A DNA stretch of 64,000 nucleotides from Ruminococcus sp. (GCA_017461395.1 JAFTYF010000025.1:13713-77712), one strand, 5' to 3'; shown: positions 31,565 to 41,975, counted from the stretch's first letter. Program-made: numbers and translations. Notes: a model not told the origin generated them from the letters alone.

Positions 31565-31600
31565 AAAAGTCTCTCTCATTTTTATGGGGGAGACTTTTTT
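31565..31600 (+). terminator. Intrinsic terminator
   Basis: aaaagtctctct..gggagactttt plus T tract after the stop codon. Confidence 0.65.
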
Positions 31601-31797
31601 AATGCGGAATGCGGAATTGTGGTGTCAGCATTCGCCAACGGATTAAAAAAATTTACGCCCGTGATGATTCTTCGGGAATCATGCGGGACGTCGAGACGCC
31701 GTCCCCTACAATTGGTCATTTATTTTAATCCGTCCCGTCAGGGACACCATAATTCCGAATTCCGCATTCCGAATTAAAACGGCGCACCGCTGGTGTC
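31600..31797. repeat. Mosaic repeat (heptamer tract, REP, inverted heptamer tract, palindrome)
   Basis: About 120 bp homologous to 13746-13870; REP 31685-31709; inverted aattccgaattccgcattccgaatt; gcaccgctggtgtc 31784-31797. Confidence 0.8.
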
Positions 31798-31976
31798 ATC
31801 ATATTTACTAAAATAACGGTGTTATGCTGATATAATATTTAATAATAGAAATTATGATTTTTTGCTTGCATTTTTTTTCATTATGTGTTATTATATAGAG
31901 TAAGAAGTTGCGCCATGATGAATAAATGGCAAATTTAATAACGTACATCTTACAGTGTACGGGTTGGGAGATCAAT

Positions 31977-34900
31977 ATGCCAAAAAGACAGGATATTAAC
32001 AAAATTATGATCATCGGTTCTGGCCCTATCATTATCGGTCAGGCGTGCGAATTTGACTATTCCGGTACACAGGCTTGTAAGGCTCTGCGCAAACTGGGAT
32101 ATGAGATCGTTCTCGTAAACTCAAATCCTGCTACGATCATGACAGATCCGGATGTTGCCGATATCACTTACATCGAACCTCTTAACCTTGCAAGACTTAC
32201 GCAGATCATCGAAAAAGAGCGCCCTGATGCACTCCTTCCGAATCTTGGCGGTCAGTCCGGACTTAACCTCTGCTCCGAACTCGACAAGGCTGGCGTTCTT
32301 GAAAAATACAACGTTCAGGTAATCGGCGTTAAGGTTGACGCTATCGAGCGCGGTGAGGACCGTATCGAGTTCAAAAAGGCTATGGATGAGATTAATATCG
32401 GTATGCCTCGTTCTGAGGTTGCCTATACAGTTGACGAGGCTGTAAAGATCGCTGAACAGCTTAAATATCCAGTTGTTCTTCGTCCTGCATATACAATGGG
32501 CGGTACAGGCGGCGGAATGGTATACAATGTGGACGAGCTTAAGGTTGTCTGCGAAAGAGGTCTCCAGGCGTCACTCGTAAATCAGGTTCTCGTTGAAGAA
32601 TGTATCTTCGGCTGGGAAGAACTTGAGCTTGAAGTCGTAAGAGACGCTGACAACAACAAGATCACTGTTTGCTTTATCGAAAACATCGACCCTGTCGGAA
32701 TCCATACAGGCGATTCCTTCTGCTCTGCACCTATGCTGACAATTCCTGAGGATGTTCAGAAGGAACTTCAGGAAATGTCTTACAAAATTATTGAATCTAT
32801 CAACGTTATCGGCGGATGTAACTGCCAGTTCGCCCGTGATCCCGAAACAGGACGTATCGTTGTTATCGAGATCAACCCCAGAACCTCACGTTCTTCCGCA
32901 CTTGCTTCAAAAGCAACAGGCTTCCCGATCGCTTTCGTATCAGCAATGCTCGCCTGCGGACTTACACTTAAGGATATTCCCTGCGGCAAATATGGTACTC
33001 TCGACAAATATTATCCCGACGGCGACTATGTTGTAATCAAGTTCGCTCGCTGGGCATTTGAGAAATTCAAGGGCTCTGAGGATAAGCTCGGAACTCAGAT
33101 GAGAGCTGTCGGCGAAGTAATGAGCATCGGAAAGACATATAAGGAAGCTTTCCAGAAGGCTATAAGAAGCCTTGAAATCGGCAGATATGGTCTTGGCTCT
33201 GCAAACGGCTATGACAAGCTGACTAAGGATGAGCTTATTGATAAGCTCCGCTTCCCGTCAAGCAACAGACAGTTTATTATATATGAGGCTCTCAGAAAGG
33301 GCGCTTCAATTGAGGAAATCCACGAGCTTACAAAGATAAAGAACTGGTTCCTTGAACAGATGAAGGAGCTTGTTGATGAGGAAGAAAGCCTTATCGCAAT
33401 GAAGGGCTCTGTTCCCGGCAAGGATGTTCTTAAGCAGGCTAAGCTTGACGGCTTCTCAGACCGCTACCTCAGCGAACTTCTCGAAGTTACTGAGGAGGAA
33501 ATCAGAAATGCCCGCATCGGCTTCGGCATCAAGGAAGCTTGGGAGGGCGTTCATGTAAGCGGTACTGAAAACGCTGCATATTACTATTCAACATATCATC
33601 TCGATGAGGACAAGAGCCCTGTAAATACAGAAAAGCCGAAGATCATGATTCTCGGCGGCGGTCCTAACAGAATCGGTCAGGGTATCGAATTTGACTACTG
33701 CTGCGTTCATGCGGCTCTCGCTCTTAAGGAGCTCGGCTTTGAGTCAATTATCGTAAACTGCAACCCTGAGACAGTTTCTACAGACTACGATACATCCGAT
33801 AAGCTCTATTTTGAGCCTCTTACACTGGAGGATGTTCTCAGTATCCACGAAAAGGAAAAGCCCGTCGGTGTTATCGCTCAGTTCGGCGGACAGACTCCCC
33901 TTAACCTCGCAAACGACCTTAAAAAATATGGCGTAAATATCCTCGGAACAACTCCGGAAACTATCGACCTCGCTGAGGACAGAGATAATTTCCGTGAAAT
34001 GATGGATAAGCTTGAAATTCCTATGCCTGAGTCAGGTATGGCTGTAAACGTTGACGAGGCACTTGAAATCGCAAACAGAATCGGTTATCCCGTAATGGTT
34101 CGTCCTTCCTACGTTCTCGGCGGCAGAGGAATGGAAATCGTTCACGATGACGAAATGATGAGAGTTTATATGGGCGCTGCTGTTGGTGTAACTCCCGACA
34201 GACCTATCCTCATCGACCGCTTCCTCAATCACGCTACTGAGTGCGAGGCAGACGCAATTTCTGACGGAACAAACTGCTTTGTTCCCGCTGTTATGGAACA
34301 TATCGAGCTTGCCGGCGTTCACTCAGGCGACTCCGCTTGTATCCTTCCTTCAATGAACCTTTCTGACGAACAGGTTGCGAAGATTAAGGAATATACAAGA
34401 AAAATTGCTGTTGAAATGAATGTATGCGGCCTTATGAATATGCAGTACGCTATCGAGGGCGACAAGGTTTATGTTCTCGAAGCAAATCCCCGTGCATCAA
34501 GAACCGTGCCGCTCGTATCAAAGGTATGCAGCATCAACATGGTAAAGATCGCAACAGAGATCATTACATCAAGCCTTACAGGAAAGCCCTCACCCGTGCC
34601 GGAGCTTCGTGACAAGACGATCACTCACTACGGCGTCAAGGAGGCTGTATTCCCGTTCAATATGTTCCCAGAGGTTGACCCTGTTCTCGGACCTGAAATG
34701 CGTTCTACAGGTGAGGTTCTTGGAATTGCTCCTACATTCGGAGAGGCATATTATAAGGCTCAGGAAGCTACTCAGCAGACAGTTCTTCCCGAGGAGGGCA
34801 CAGTTCTTCTGAGTATCTGCGACAGAGACAAGCCCGAGCTTCTTGATATTGCAAACGCATTCAACGACCTTGGCTTCAGAATCATTGCTACACACAAGTG

Positions 34901-35201
34901 CTATAAGCTTCTTGTTGAGGCTGGAATTCCCTGTGAGAGAATCTTCAAGATCTACGAGGGACGTCCGAACATTGCTGATGAGATTGCAAACGGCGAAATA
35001 CAGCTGATTATCAATACACCTGCCGGAAAGTCAAGTGCACATGATGACAGCTATATCAGAAAGTCTGCTATCAAGCACAGAGTAACATATATCACCACAA
35101 TGGCTGCTGCAAAGGCAAGCGCTGAGGGAATCAAGGCTATGAAGGAGAACAAACACTTCGGTGTTAAGTCGCTTCAGGCACACCACGCTGACATAAAATA
35201 A
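31977..35201 (+). CDS. carB: Carbamoyl-phosphate synthase large subunit
   Basis: MPKRQDINKIMIIGSGP start, two ATP-grasp halves, MGS-like C-terminal domain. Confidence 0.96.
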   Translation: MPKRQDINKIMIIGSGPIIIGQACEFDYSGTQACKALRKLGYEIVLVNSNPATIMTDPDVADITYIEPLNLARLTQIIEKERPDALLPNLGGQSGLNLCSELDKAGVLEKYNVQVIGVKVDAIERGEDRIEFKKAMDEINIGMPRSEVAYTVDEAVKIAEQLKYPVVLRPAYTMGGTGGGMVYNVDELKVVCERGLQASLVNQVLVEECIFGWEELELEVVRDADNNKITVCFIENIDPVGIHTGDSFCSAPMLTIPEDVQKELQEMSYKIIESINVIGGCNCQFARDPETGRIVVIEINPRTSRSSALASKATGFPIAFVSAMLACGLTLKDIPCGKYGTLDKYYPDGDYVVIKFARWAFEKFKGSEDKLGTQMRAVGEVMSIGKTYKEAFQKAIRSLEIGRYGLGSANGYDKLTKDELIDKLRFPSSNRQFIIYEALRKGASIEEIHELTKIKNWFLEQMKELVDEEESLIAMKGSVPGKDVLKQAKLDGFSDRYLSELLEVTEEEIRNARIGFGIKEAWEGVHVSGTENAAYYYSTYHLDEDKSPVNTEKPKIMILGGGPNRIGQGIEFDYCCVHAALALKELGFESIIVNCNPETVSTDYDTSDKLYFEPLTLEDVLSIHEKEKPVGVIAQFGGQTPLNLANDLKKYGVNILGTTPETIDLAEDRDNFREMMDKLEIPMPESGMAVNVDEALEIANRIGYPVMVRPSYVLGGRGMEIVHDDEMMRVYMGAAVGVTPDRPILIDRFLNHATECEADAISDGTNCFVPAVMEHIELAGVHSGDSACILPSMNLSDEQVAKIKEYTRKIAVEMNVCGLMNMQYAIEGDKVYVLEANPRASRTVPLVSKVCSINMVKIATEIITSSLTGKPSPVPELRDKTITHYGVKEAVFPFNMFPEVDPVLGPEMRSTGEVLGIAPTFGEAYYKAQEATQQTVLPEEGTVLLSICDRDKPELLDIANAFNDLGFRIIATHKCYKLLVEAGIPCERIFKIYEGRPNIADEIANGEIQLIINTPAGKSSAHDDSYIRKSAIKHRVTYITTMAAAKASAEGIKAMKENKHFGVKSLQAHHADIK

Positions 35202-35351
35202 GGCACCAGCGGTGCCCCCGTTCCACGTTCCCGTGCGCTTGGCGCACTACTCTCTGCGGCGGAAATAATATGCTTTCGCTCGTGGAAAGAATTCCATTAT
35301 ATTGCGTGACGATGCACGAAATAGTAAGGGCGCACCTATGTGTGCGCCCCT
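35202..35351. repeat. Inverted copy of the 13955-14083 element plus a REP
   Basis: 35202-35285 matches the reverse complement of about 14000-14083 with 4 mismatches; gtaagggcgcacctatgtgtgcgccc at 35324. Confidence 0.85.
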
Positions 35352-35439
35352 TGTTTTGCGATAATTTTTCACAGTGAATACAGTGGCGATCCTTGCGGTC
35401 GCTATTTATTTTTTTGCAATTTGTCTTATCGGAAAGCCG

Positions 35440-35785
35440 AAGTTTTCAACGTTTCTTCTTTGAGATGTTGAAAATCCAGGTGCAGGAAATAACCTGTCAA
35501 ATTGCCGTTTTTTTGCATAAATTACAGGATAATTTATATTAACACAGAAAGATTTTTTAACCAATAAATTACAGCAATATAATCCTAAATCTTGTCCACA
35601 GGATGTGAAGAAACTTTCAACAGTGTGTTGAAACGAATGTGGATCAGCGTTGAGTGCTGTTGATAACTCTGTGGAAAGTGTTGAATTGCACGTTAAATCC
35701 AAGTTTTTCCATACTGGAAAAGTTGAAAACTATGTGGATAAACGGGGGAAATGTGTAAACAATAAAAATATGTTGTGGAAAACCG
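35440..35785. promoter_or_regulatory. Remote DnaA-box cluster
   Basis: TGTGGATAA 35733, TGTGGAAAA 35774, TTGTCCACA 35592, TGTGGATCA 35638, TGTTGATAA 35658, TGTGGAAAG 35670, plus several TTTCAACA-type boxes. Confidence 0.7.
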
Positions 35786-35819
35786 ATCCGCAATAAATTC
35801 AAACAGAGGATATGATTGT

Positions 35820-36173
35820 ATGAAAAAGCTTTTAGCAATATGTTCCGTATTTCTGTCGATTTGTGCAACTTTTACAGGCTGCGGATCGCAGGATAATTCC
35901 GATAGTTCCGACCGTGATGATTCCGCAATTGTAGGCGACGGAGACTATATGGACAGAGACGAAGATCCGACAGCAGAGCGTATCGACGACGAGATCGACG
36001 ATGTAAAGGATGCCGGCGACGACATTATCGAAGGCGCAACGAATGCCATTGACGATATAATCGGTGGTGACGACGACGAAAGCCGTGACAGAGACGACCG
36101 TGACGATGATATTGACCGTGATGATCGTGAAAGACATTCCGAGGCTGACAGAGAGAGAACGACCGACAGATAA
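35820..36173 (+). CDS. Small Asp/Arg-rich lipoprotein
   Basis: Signal peptide with lipobox FTG-C, disordered D/R-rich body, GAGG SD. Confidence 0.7.
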   Translation: MKKLLAICSVFLSICATFTGCGSQDNSDSSDRDDSAIVGDGDYMDRDEDPTAERIDDEIDDVKDAGDDIIEGATNAIDDIIGGDDDESRDRDDRDDDIDRDDRERHSEADRERTTDR

Positions 36174-36175
36174 AC

Positions 36176-36207
36176 AAAAAACCGCAGCTTTTATTGCTGC
36201 GGTTTTT
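36176..36207. terminator. Bidirectional terminator
   Basis: aaaaaccgcagc-ttttatt-gctgcggttttt between convergent genes. Confidence 0.85.
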
Positions 36208-36260
36208 GCGCATATCATCCGATATACAGAAAAGAAAGGATAAATATGAAAAGATTTTTA

Positions 36261-37400
36261 TTAGTTTACGATAGCCTTTTCTGTTTCCTTATCGAAGATG
36301 TGGATTCTGTTAGGATCAATAGCAACCTTGATATCGTCACCGGATCTTGCTGTAGATCTGGGGCTTACTCTAGCTGTAAGCGGGATACCTTCACAGAGGA
36401 GGTAGAGGTAAGTCTCAGCGCCCATCATTTCAGTGATTTCAACGTTACAGTCGATAACACCAGTAGAAGCGTTAGAGAGGTACATTTCCTCATCGTGGAT
36501 GCTCTCAGGACGAACACCGAGGATGATCTCCTTGCCAACGTAGTTGCCGAGTTCAGGAGTAACCTTAGACTCAGGAACGATGATCTGATACTTAACGCCT
36601 GCACGGCCTCTTGTGTCGTTTGAGCCGAATTCTACGATAAACTGACCATATTCTTCCTTAAGAACAGCGTCGATGAAGTTCATCTGAGGTGAGCCGAGGA
36701 AGCCAGCAACGAACTTGTTGATAGGTCTTTCGTAGAGGTTCTGAGGAGTATCAACCTGCTGAACGAAACCGTCCTTCATACAAACGATTCTGTCGCCCAT
36801 TGTCATAGCCTCAGTCTGGTCATGAGTTACATAGATAAATGTAGTACCGAGCTTCTTGTGGATCTTAGCGATCTCGGTTCTCATCTGAGCACGGAGCTTA
36901 GCGTCGAGGTTAGAGAGAGGCTCGTCAAGGAGGAATACCTTAGGTGAACGAACGATACAACGTCCGAGAGCAACTCTCTGACGCTGACCACCTGACATAG
37001 CCTTAGGCTTTCTGTCGAGGAGGTGAGAGAGGTCGAGGATCTTAGCAGCCTCGTTAACCTTTCTTTCGATTTCATCCTTAGGAACCTTACGGAGCTTAAG
37101 TCCGAAAGCCATGTTATCAAAAACAGTCATATGGGGATAGAGAGCGTAGTTCTGGAAAACCATTGCAATATCTCTGTCCTTAGGAGCGATATCGTTTACA
37201 AGGCGGTCGCCGATGTAAAGCTCACCCTCAGAAATTTCTTCGAGTCCGGCAATCATACGGAGAGTAGTTGACTTACCGCAGCCTGACGGTCCTACGAGAA
37301 CGATAAATTCCTTATCTCTTATCTCTAAATTAACATCTGTAACAGCAACAACGCCGCCCGGATATTTTTTATAAATGCCTTTAAGTGTTAAACCTGCCAT
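36261..37400 (-). CDS. msmX: Multiple-sugar ABC transporter ATP-binding protein (MsmX/MalK family)
   Basis: [27 protein letters not shown]-terminal TOBE/OB domain; no permease adjacent. Confidence 0.88.
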   Translation of the reverse strand: MAGLTLKGIYKKYPGGVVAVTDVNLEIRDKEFIVLVGPSGCGKSTTLRMIAGLEEISEGELYIGDRLVNDIAPKDRDIAMVFQNYALYPHMTVFDNMAFGLKLRKVPKDEIERKVNEAAKILDLSHLLDRKPKAMSGGQRQRVALGRCIVRSPKVFLLDEPLSNLDAKLRAQMRTEIAKIHKKLGTTFIYVTHDQTEAMTMGDRIVCMKDGFVQQVDTPQNLYERPINKFVAGFLGSPQMNFIDAVLKEEYGQFIVEFGSNDTRGRAGVKYQIIVPESKVTPELGNYVGKEIILGVRPESIHDEEMYLSNASTGVIDCNVEITEMMGAETYLYLLCEGIPLTARVSPRSTARSGDDIKVAIDPNRIHIFDKETEKAIVN

Positions 37401-37527
37401 TTAATCCAGTCCTCCAGTTCAAAATTTCTTGCTAACAGTTAAATATTTTGTTTTATAATTACACTATCAGCTATGATAATATAATACCAAACTTTAAGAA
37501 AATTTTCAAGATGTTAAATCACCAAAG

Positions 37528-38313
37528 TTACAATTGCTTGTTTGTTAAAATAGCCGAAAAAACAGGGCTGAAACCGTCACAAAAAACCTCGAAATCCTGC
37601 TGTTTAAACAAGTTTTCAACATCTTTGTGCAATAATTCTATACAGTCGCCAAATCCCAGTGTTTCGGGCAAAACGAGACCTCCGAGAGAAATTCTCATCA
37701 GAACTTCCACATGATTTCCGACTGCTGCGAACATTCTTTTAACTTGATGATATTTTCCCTCAATAAGTTCCACAAACGCCAGTTTATCGCTGTTTTCAGC
37801 CATTCTGACCTTTGCGGGGAGACACGTTTCGCCGTCAGCCAAAATTATTCCATTTTTGAATATGTCAATATATTTATTTTGAAACGGTCTGTCAAGTTTC
37901 ACAATATAGATTTTGGGTATATGGCTCTTCGGAGAGAGCATCCGGTGCGCAAGTTCGCCGTCGTCGGTGACGAGAAGTGCGCCGAGAGAATCCTTGTCAA
38001 GTCTGCCGGCTGGAAAAAGTCCTTTTGTGCGAAGCTCCGGCGGAATCAGCTCCAGAACGGAAGGACCGTCATTGCTGTTGGTAGAGCAGACATAACCCTC
38101 CGGCTTGTTGAGGAGGATATACCTGAAACGCTGAGCAGTAATTTCCCTGCCGGCGACGGATACACTGTCGCTGTCCGGATCAATTTTCGTATCGGACTTT
38201 TTCACGGCGCATCCGTTGAGCGTAACCTGCCCTTTTGCGGCGAGCTGTTTTATCTGACTGCGTGAGAACTCAGTGCGTTCTGAGATGAATTTGTCAAGAC
38301 GGATAAGCGGCAT
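37528..38313 (-). CDS. RsuA-family pseudouridine synthase
   Basis: S4 domain, LNKPEGY, GRLDKDS, EGKYHQVKRMF. Confidence 0.9.
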   Translation of the reverse strand: MPLIRLDKFISERTEFSRSQIKQLAAKGQVTLNGCAVKKSDTKIDPDSDSVSVAGREITAQRFRYILLNKPEGYVCSTNSNDGPSVLELIPPELRTKGLFPAGRLDKDSLGALLVTDDGELAHRMLSPKSHIPKIYIVKLDRPFQNKYIDIFKNGIILADGETCLPAKVRMAENSDKLAFVELIEGKYHQVKRMFAAVGNHVEVLMRISLGGLVLPETLGFGDCIELLHKDVENLFKQQDFEVFCDGFSPVFSAILTNKQL

Positions 38314-38337
38314 ATTTTTTCCTCCAAAAGCATATTA

Positions 38338-38505
38338 ATAATTCGGAATTCGGAATGCGGAATTCCGAATAATGGTGTCGGCATTCGCCGACGGATTGAA
38401 ATGTTATACCAAATATAAAAAATGATTGATTGTAGGGGACGGCGTCTCGACGTCCCACAAAATAAACCGTAATAATGACGGGCGGATGTGGACATCTGCC
38501 CCAAT
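38338..38505. repeat. Heptamer tract plus inverted REP pair
   Basis: aattcggaattcggaatgcggaatt..ggtgtcggcattcgccgacg; REP 38432-38456; inverted REP 38480-38505. Confidence 0.78.
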
Positions 38506-38534
38506 ATAAACAAACACAAGGGGGTAAATTATAA

Positions 38535-38963
38535 ATGAAAAGACGTACATTTATAGTGATTTCAGCGGCTCTCGCAATAGGAGCGGCTTACATTGCCGTT
38601 AACGGAGAAGAAAAGGGGACTTCCACGAAAAAGAGTGAAAAAGTTCCGGCGGCGACCGTCAGCGAGCGCATTGACTACTTTGCTTCTCACGGGTGGGAGG
38701 TTGAGGAAATCGCCGGAAAGCAGATAACCATTCCGGATGATTTTTCTCAGGCATACGAGGAATACGCACTTATTCAGGACAGGCAGGGGCTTCCTTTGCG
38801 TGAATATGCCGGCAAAAATGGACATCTTTATGTATACGAAGTAAAAAATTACAGCCCTGAGAGCAGAAAAATGCTTGCAGAGCTGCTTGTTTGCGGTGAT
38901 ACGGCAGTGGCTTCCATGATCTACAGTGAAGACGGCGGAAGCCTCCGCTTATCAGTTTCGTGA
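38535..38963 (+). CDS. DUF4830-like protein
   Basis: N-terminal anchor, YFASHGWEV, YALIQDRQGLPL..Y.GK, AELLVC. Confidence 0.7.
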   Translation: MKRRTFIVISAALAIGAAYIAVNGEEKGTSTKKSEKVPAATVSERIDYFASHGWEVEEIAGKQITIPDDFSQAYEEYALIQDRQGLPLREYAGKNGHLYVYEVKNYSPESRKMLAELLVCGDTAVASMIYSEDGGSLRLSVS

Positions 38964-38965
38964 AA

Positions 38966-39337
38966 TCAGAAAATATTTATCATGTTTCCGACAAAGGGTA
39001 TTCTTACTGCCATGCCGCTGTATGCGCCGTAAGCGAGAGCAATAACGAGAGCGAGCATACAGAGTCCTGCGAGAACGCCGATGATAGCGCCGAGCACGGG
39101 AATAAGACCGATAACTGCCAGAGCAAGACCTAAAATTACTGCGAAAATAAACAGTGTGAGCTGCTGATTTGCGTGGAAGCGGCAGTAGCTTGAGCTTTTG
39201 TCGATGAGGAGCGGAACAAAGAACAGAAATGAAAATACATAGCATACAGCTATAAGGATCTTGTTCTTCTGCACGTCAGCCTGATTGAAGCTGCTCTGTG
39301 CGCTCTGGTCGTTGAAGTTTTCAAGGATGTCTTTCAT
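38966..39337 (-). CDS. DUF4870-like membrane protein
   Basis: Three TM helices, RFHANQ motif, terminal RIPFVG. Confidence 0.7.
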   Translation of the reverse strand: MKDILENFNDQSAQSSFNQADVQKNKILIAVCYVFSFLFFVPLLIDKSSSYCRFHANQQLTLFIFAVILGLALAVIGLIPVLGAIIGVLAGLCMLALVIALAYGAYSGMAVRIPFVGNMINIF

Positions 39338-39361
39338 TTGGGTGTACCTCCGTTTGAATAT

Positions 39362-39835
39362 TTATATATTTGAAGCTTCTGCTTCATTTTCATCATTGTC
39401 AAGCTCGCTGATAGCCGCAACAAAGCTGTCTATATCGGTGAAATCCTTATAGACAGATGCAAATCTGATATACGAGATAGGATCAATATCACGGAGCATA
39501 TTCAGCACGAGGTCGCCTATTTCGCTTGATTTTATAGTATTTAGCATTTCATTTGCGCAGAAATTTTCTACAAAATCGGCAATTTCCTCGACCTGATCTA
39601 TAGTGACAGGACGTTTTTTTATTGCGCTGAAGATTCCCTTTATCAGCTTGGAGCGGTCAAAAGTTTCAAATCCGCCGTCACGTTTTTCCACCATAAGCAG
39701 AGGAATTTCAACAACCTCGTAGGTAGTGAATCTTCCACGGCATTTTATGCATTCTCTGCGTCGTTTTATACGGTCGGAAAGATGGCGGGTATCAGTTACC
39801 TTTGAGTCGTCAAATCCGCATATAGGGCAGTTCAT
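39362..39835 (-). CDS. nrdR: Transcriptional repressor NrdR
   Basis: CPIC..RRRECIKC zinc ribbon, ATP cone, YIRFASVY. Confidence 0.95.
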   Translation of the reverse strand: MNCPICGFDDSKVTDTRHLSDRIKRRRECIKCRGRFTTYEVVEIPLLMVEKRDGGFETFDRSKLIKGIFSAIKKRPVTIDQVEEIADFVENFCANEMLNTIKSSEIGDLVLNMLRDIDPISYIRFASVYKDFTDIDSFVAAISELDNDENEAEASNI

Positions 39836-40617
39836 CGCATTATCCTTTCTACCATATTAGTAAGAATATTATAGCTTGAAATAAGCTCGCTTATTCCGCT
39901 GAAATTATTTCTGTACAGCTCCAGAATCACGGAGCAGTCGGGATTGAGCATACGGATAACATTAAGAAAAAGTCTGAAATCGAAGTTTCCCTTTCCTATC
40001 GGGAGACAGTCGCCGTATTCACTGGAATCGCTTATATGGATGTGTTTTATGGAAGTTCTGGCGGCGTCAACGAAACGTGAGGGGCTTTCACCTGCACGGA
40101 TAGCCTGCTTTGTATCGAGGACGAAAGCGAACTCATTGCCGAGCATTTTTGCGATATCCATGATATACAGTGAAGAACCGCTCTGACAGCGGGCAACGTT
40201 CTCGACGGCTACAGTCACGCCGAATTCCTTACCGAGCCTGTAGAGGCGGCTGTATCTTTCGCAGAAAAATTCCCTTGATTTTACGGATTTTCCGCTGTGA
40301 AATACGAAATATTCAGCGCCAACGATATTCATGAATCTGAAATAGTATTTGTAGTATTCAAGGGCGTCATCGAGCCTGCGTTCATAGTCGGAAAAGAACA
40401 GAAGCTGTTCCATTTCGCAGGTGAACGGATGAACCGCAGTACATTTAGCGTCGAAGCGCTTCAGCATAGCCGCCGCACCGTGAGCGAAGCTTTTTTTCAG
40501 CTCCGAGTGAGTATTGATAAAAATTTCCACGCAGGAAACGCCGTTTACCAGAAGATCATAAAGGCTTTCCTCAAGAGGCTTGGGAAAAAGACAGGCTGTA
40601 GAAACACCGGCAATCAA
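39832..40617 (-). CDS. Sugar phosphate isomerase/epimerase (AP endonuclease 2 TIM barrel)
   Basis: VAVEN, VLDTKQA, HIHISD, ILELY metal-binding motifs. Confidence 0.8.
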   Translation of the reverse strand: MIAGVSTACLFPKPLEESLYDLLVNGVSCVEIFINTHSELKKSFAHGAAAMLKRFDAKCTAVHPFTCEMEQLLFFSDYERRLDDALEYYKYYFRFMNIVGAEYFVFHSGKSVKSREFFCERYSRLYRLGKEFGVTVAVENVARCQSGSSLYIMDIAKMLGNEFAFVLDTKQAIRAGESPSRFVDAARTSIKHIHISDSSEYGDCLPIGKGNFDFRLFLNVIRMLNPDCSVILELYRNNFSGISELISSYNILTNMVERIMR

Positions 40618-40873
40618 GATTTAACCTCCAGAATTCATATCGCATTGTGTACAGCAGTAATAAGCTGCTGAGATTGTTGTTTTCTGACAATCTGATTTTA
40701 GTCATATTATACTGATATTATAACCGGAAGTTGAGCCAAAGTCAAGAGGTGACGGAAAAATACACAAATTTTTTCCAGATTTTCAATAAATTCCTTTGAC
40801 AAATAACAAACGATGTGGTATAATAATGATATTTAAAGAAAGTCCATGCGGACGTAAGGAGGATAATATAATA

Positions 40874-41728
40874 ATGAGTGTAAAAATTATTTCTGACAGT
40901 ACCTGCGACCTTTCTCCTGAGCTTATAGAAAAGTACGGTATAAAGATAATGCCGCTTCATATCGTTCTCGGCGACAAGGAATATGAGGACGGCTTTTCGA
41001 TAACTCCCGACGAGATATACAAGTGGTCTGACGAAAACAACGCAACTCCGAAAACCTCGGCGCTGAATATGGAGTATGCAGCGGATGTTTTCCGCCGGAT
41101 AATCGAAGCCGGCGACGAAATAGTGTGTTTTTCGATTTCCGGCGAAATGTCCACAACTGCTAATGTAATGCGGATAGCGGCAGAGGAACTTGACGCGCAG
41201 GACAAGATATTCATCATTGATTCACGCAATCTTTCCACCGGAATCGGACTTCAGGTTATTGAAGCGGCGATTATGGCGGCAGAAGGTCACAGCGGTGCAC
41301 AGATAGCGGCTCACATTGAGGAAATAATTCCCCGTGTGAGGGCGAGCTTTGTTATTGATACGCTGAAATTCCTTCATCGAGGCGGAAGATGCAGCGGAAT
41401 GGCGGCTTTTGCCGGAACAGCTCTGAAGCTTCACCCGAAAATCGTTGTATCTGAGGGAAAAATGACTCCTACAAAGAAATATATGGGCAATATCAGCCGT
41501 GTTGTGATGAATTATGTAAAGGATATGGAAAAAAATCTGAAAAATGCGGAAACTGACCGTGTATTCATTACACATTCCGGATGCAGCAAGGCAATCGTCA
41601 GCGAGGTTCGGGCATATCTTGAGGAGCTTGGAATTTTCCGCGAGATCCACGAAACAAGGGCGGGCTGCGTAATTTCAAGCCACTGCGGACCTAATACTCT
41701 GGGTGTACTCTTTATAGAAAAGGCATAA
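40874..41728 (+). CDS. DegV family fatty-acid-binding protein
   Basis: KIISDSTCDL, KTSA, IDSRNLS, LHRGGR, SHCGP. Confidence 0.92.
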   Translation: MSVKIISDSTCDLSPELIEKYGIKIMPLHIVLGDKEYEDGFSITPDEIYKWSDENNATPKTSALNMEYAADVFRRIIEAGDEIVCFSISGEMSTTANVMRIAAEELDAQDKIFIIDSRNLSTGIGLQVIEAAIMAAEGHSGAQIAAHIEEIIPRVRASFVIDTLKFLHRGGRCSGMAAFAGTALKLHPKIVVSEGKMTPTKKYMGNISRVVMNYVKDMEKNLKNAETDRVFITHSGCSKAIVSEVRAYLEELGIFREIHETRAGCVISSHCGPNTLGVLFIEKA

Positions 41729-41734
41729 CGCAAC

Positions 41735-41767
41735 AAAGGACACAGCGAGCTGTGTCCTTTAATTTTT
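41735..41767 (+). terminator. degV terminator
   Basis: aaaggacacag-cgag-ctgtgtccttt. Confidence 0.8.
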
Positions 41768-41975
41768 GGAGTCAAACTTTTCAACACATTGATCATGATG
41801 TGTTGAAAACCAGACAGCCTGAACCAGAATTACAAAGGCTGAACTATGTGTTCGTCCGTTATATTCTGGTGAAAATCTGCAGGAAGCGAAGGCGCTGTCA
41901 CCTACTTGCATATATTAAGAAAGTGTGATATAATGTATATGATTACCCATTAAAGGGAAAGAAAGGAGCATTCAT

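Noticed and set aside
35440-35785. A second functional replication origin
   Set aside because: No trio/DUE module follows the boxes, no dnaA is adjacent and gene orientation does not switch consistently; treated as a regulatory box cluster
41778-41903. 6S RNA
   Set aside because: Too short, and lacks the long irregular rod with a central bubble; kept only as an unexplained structured element
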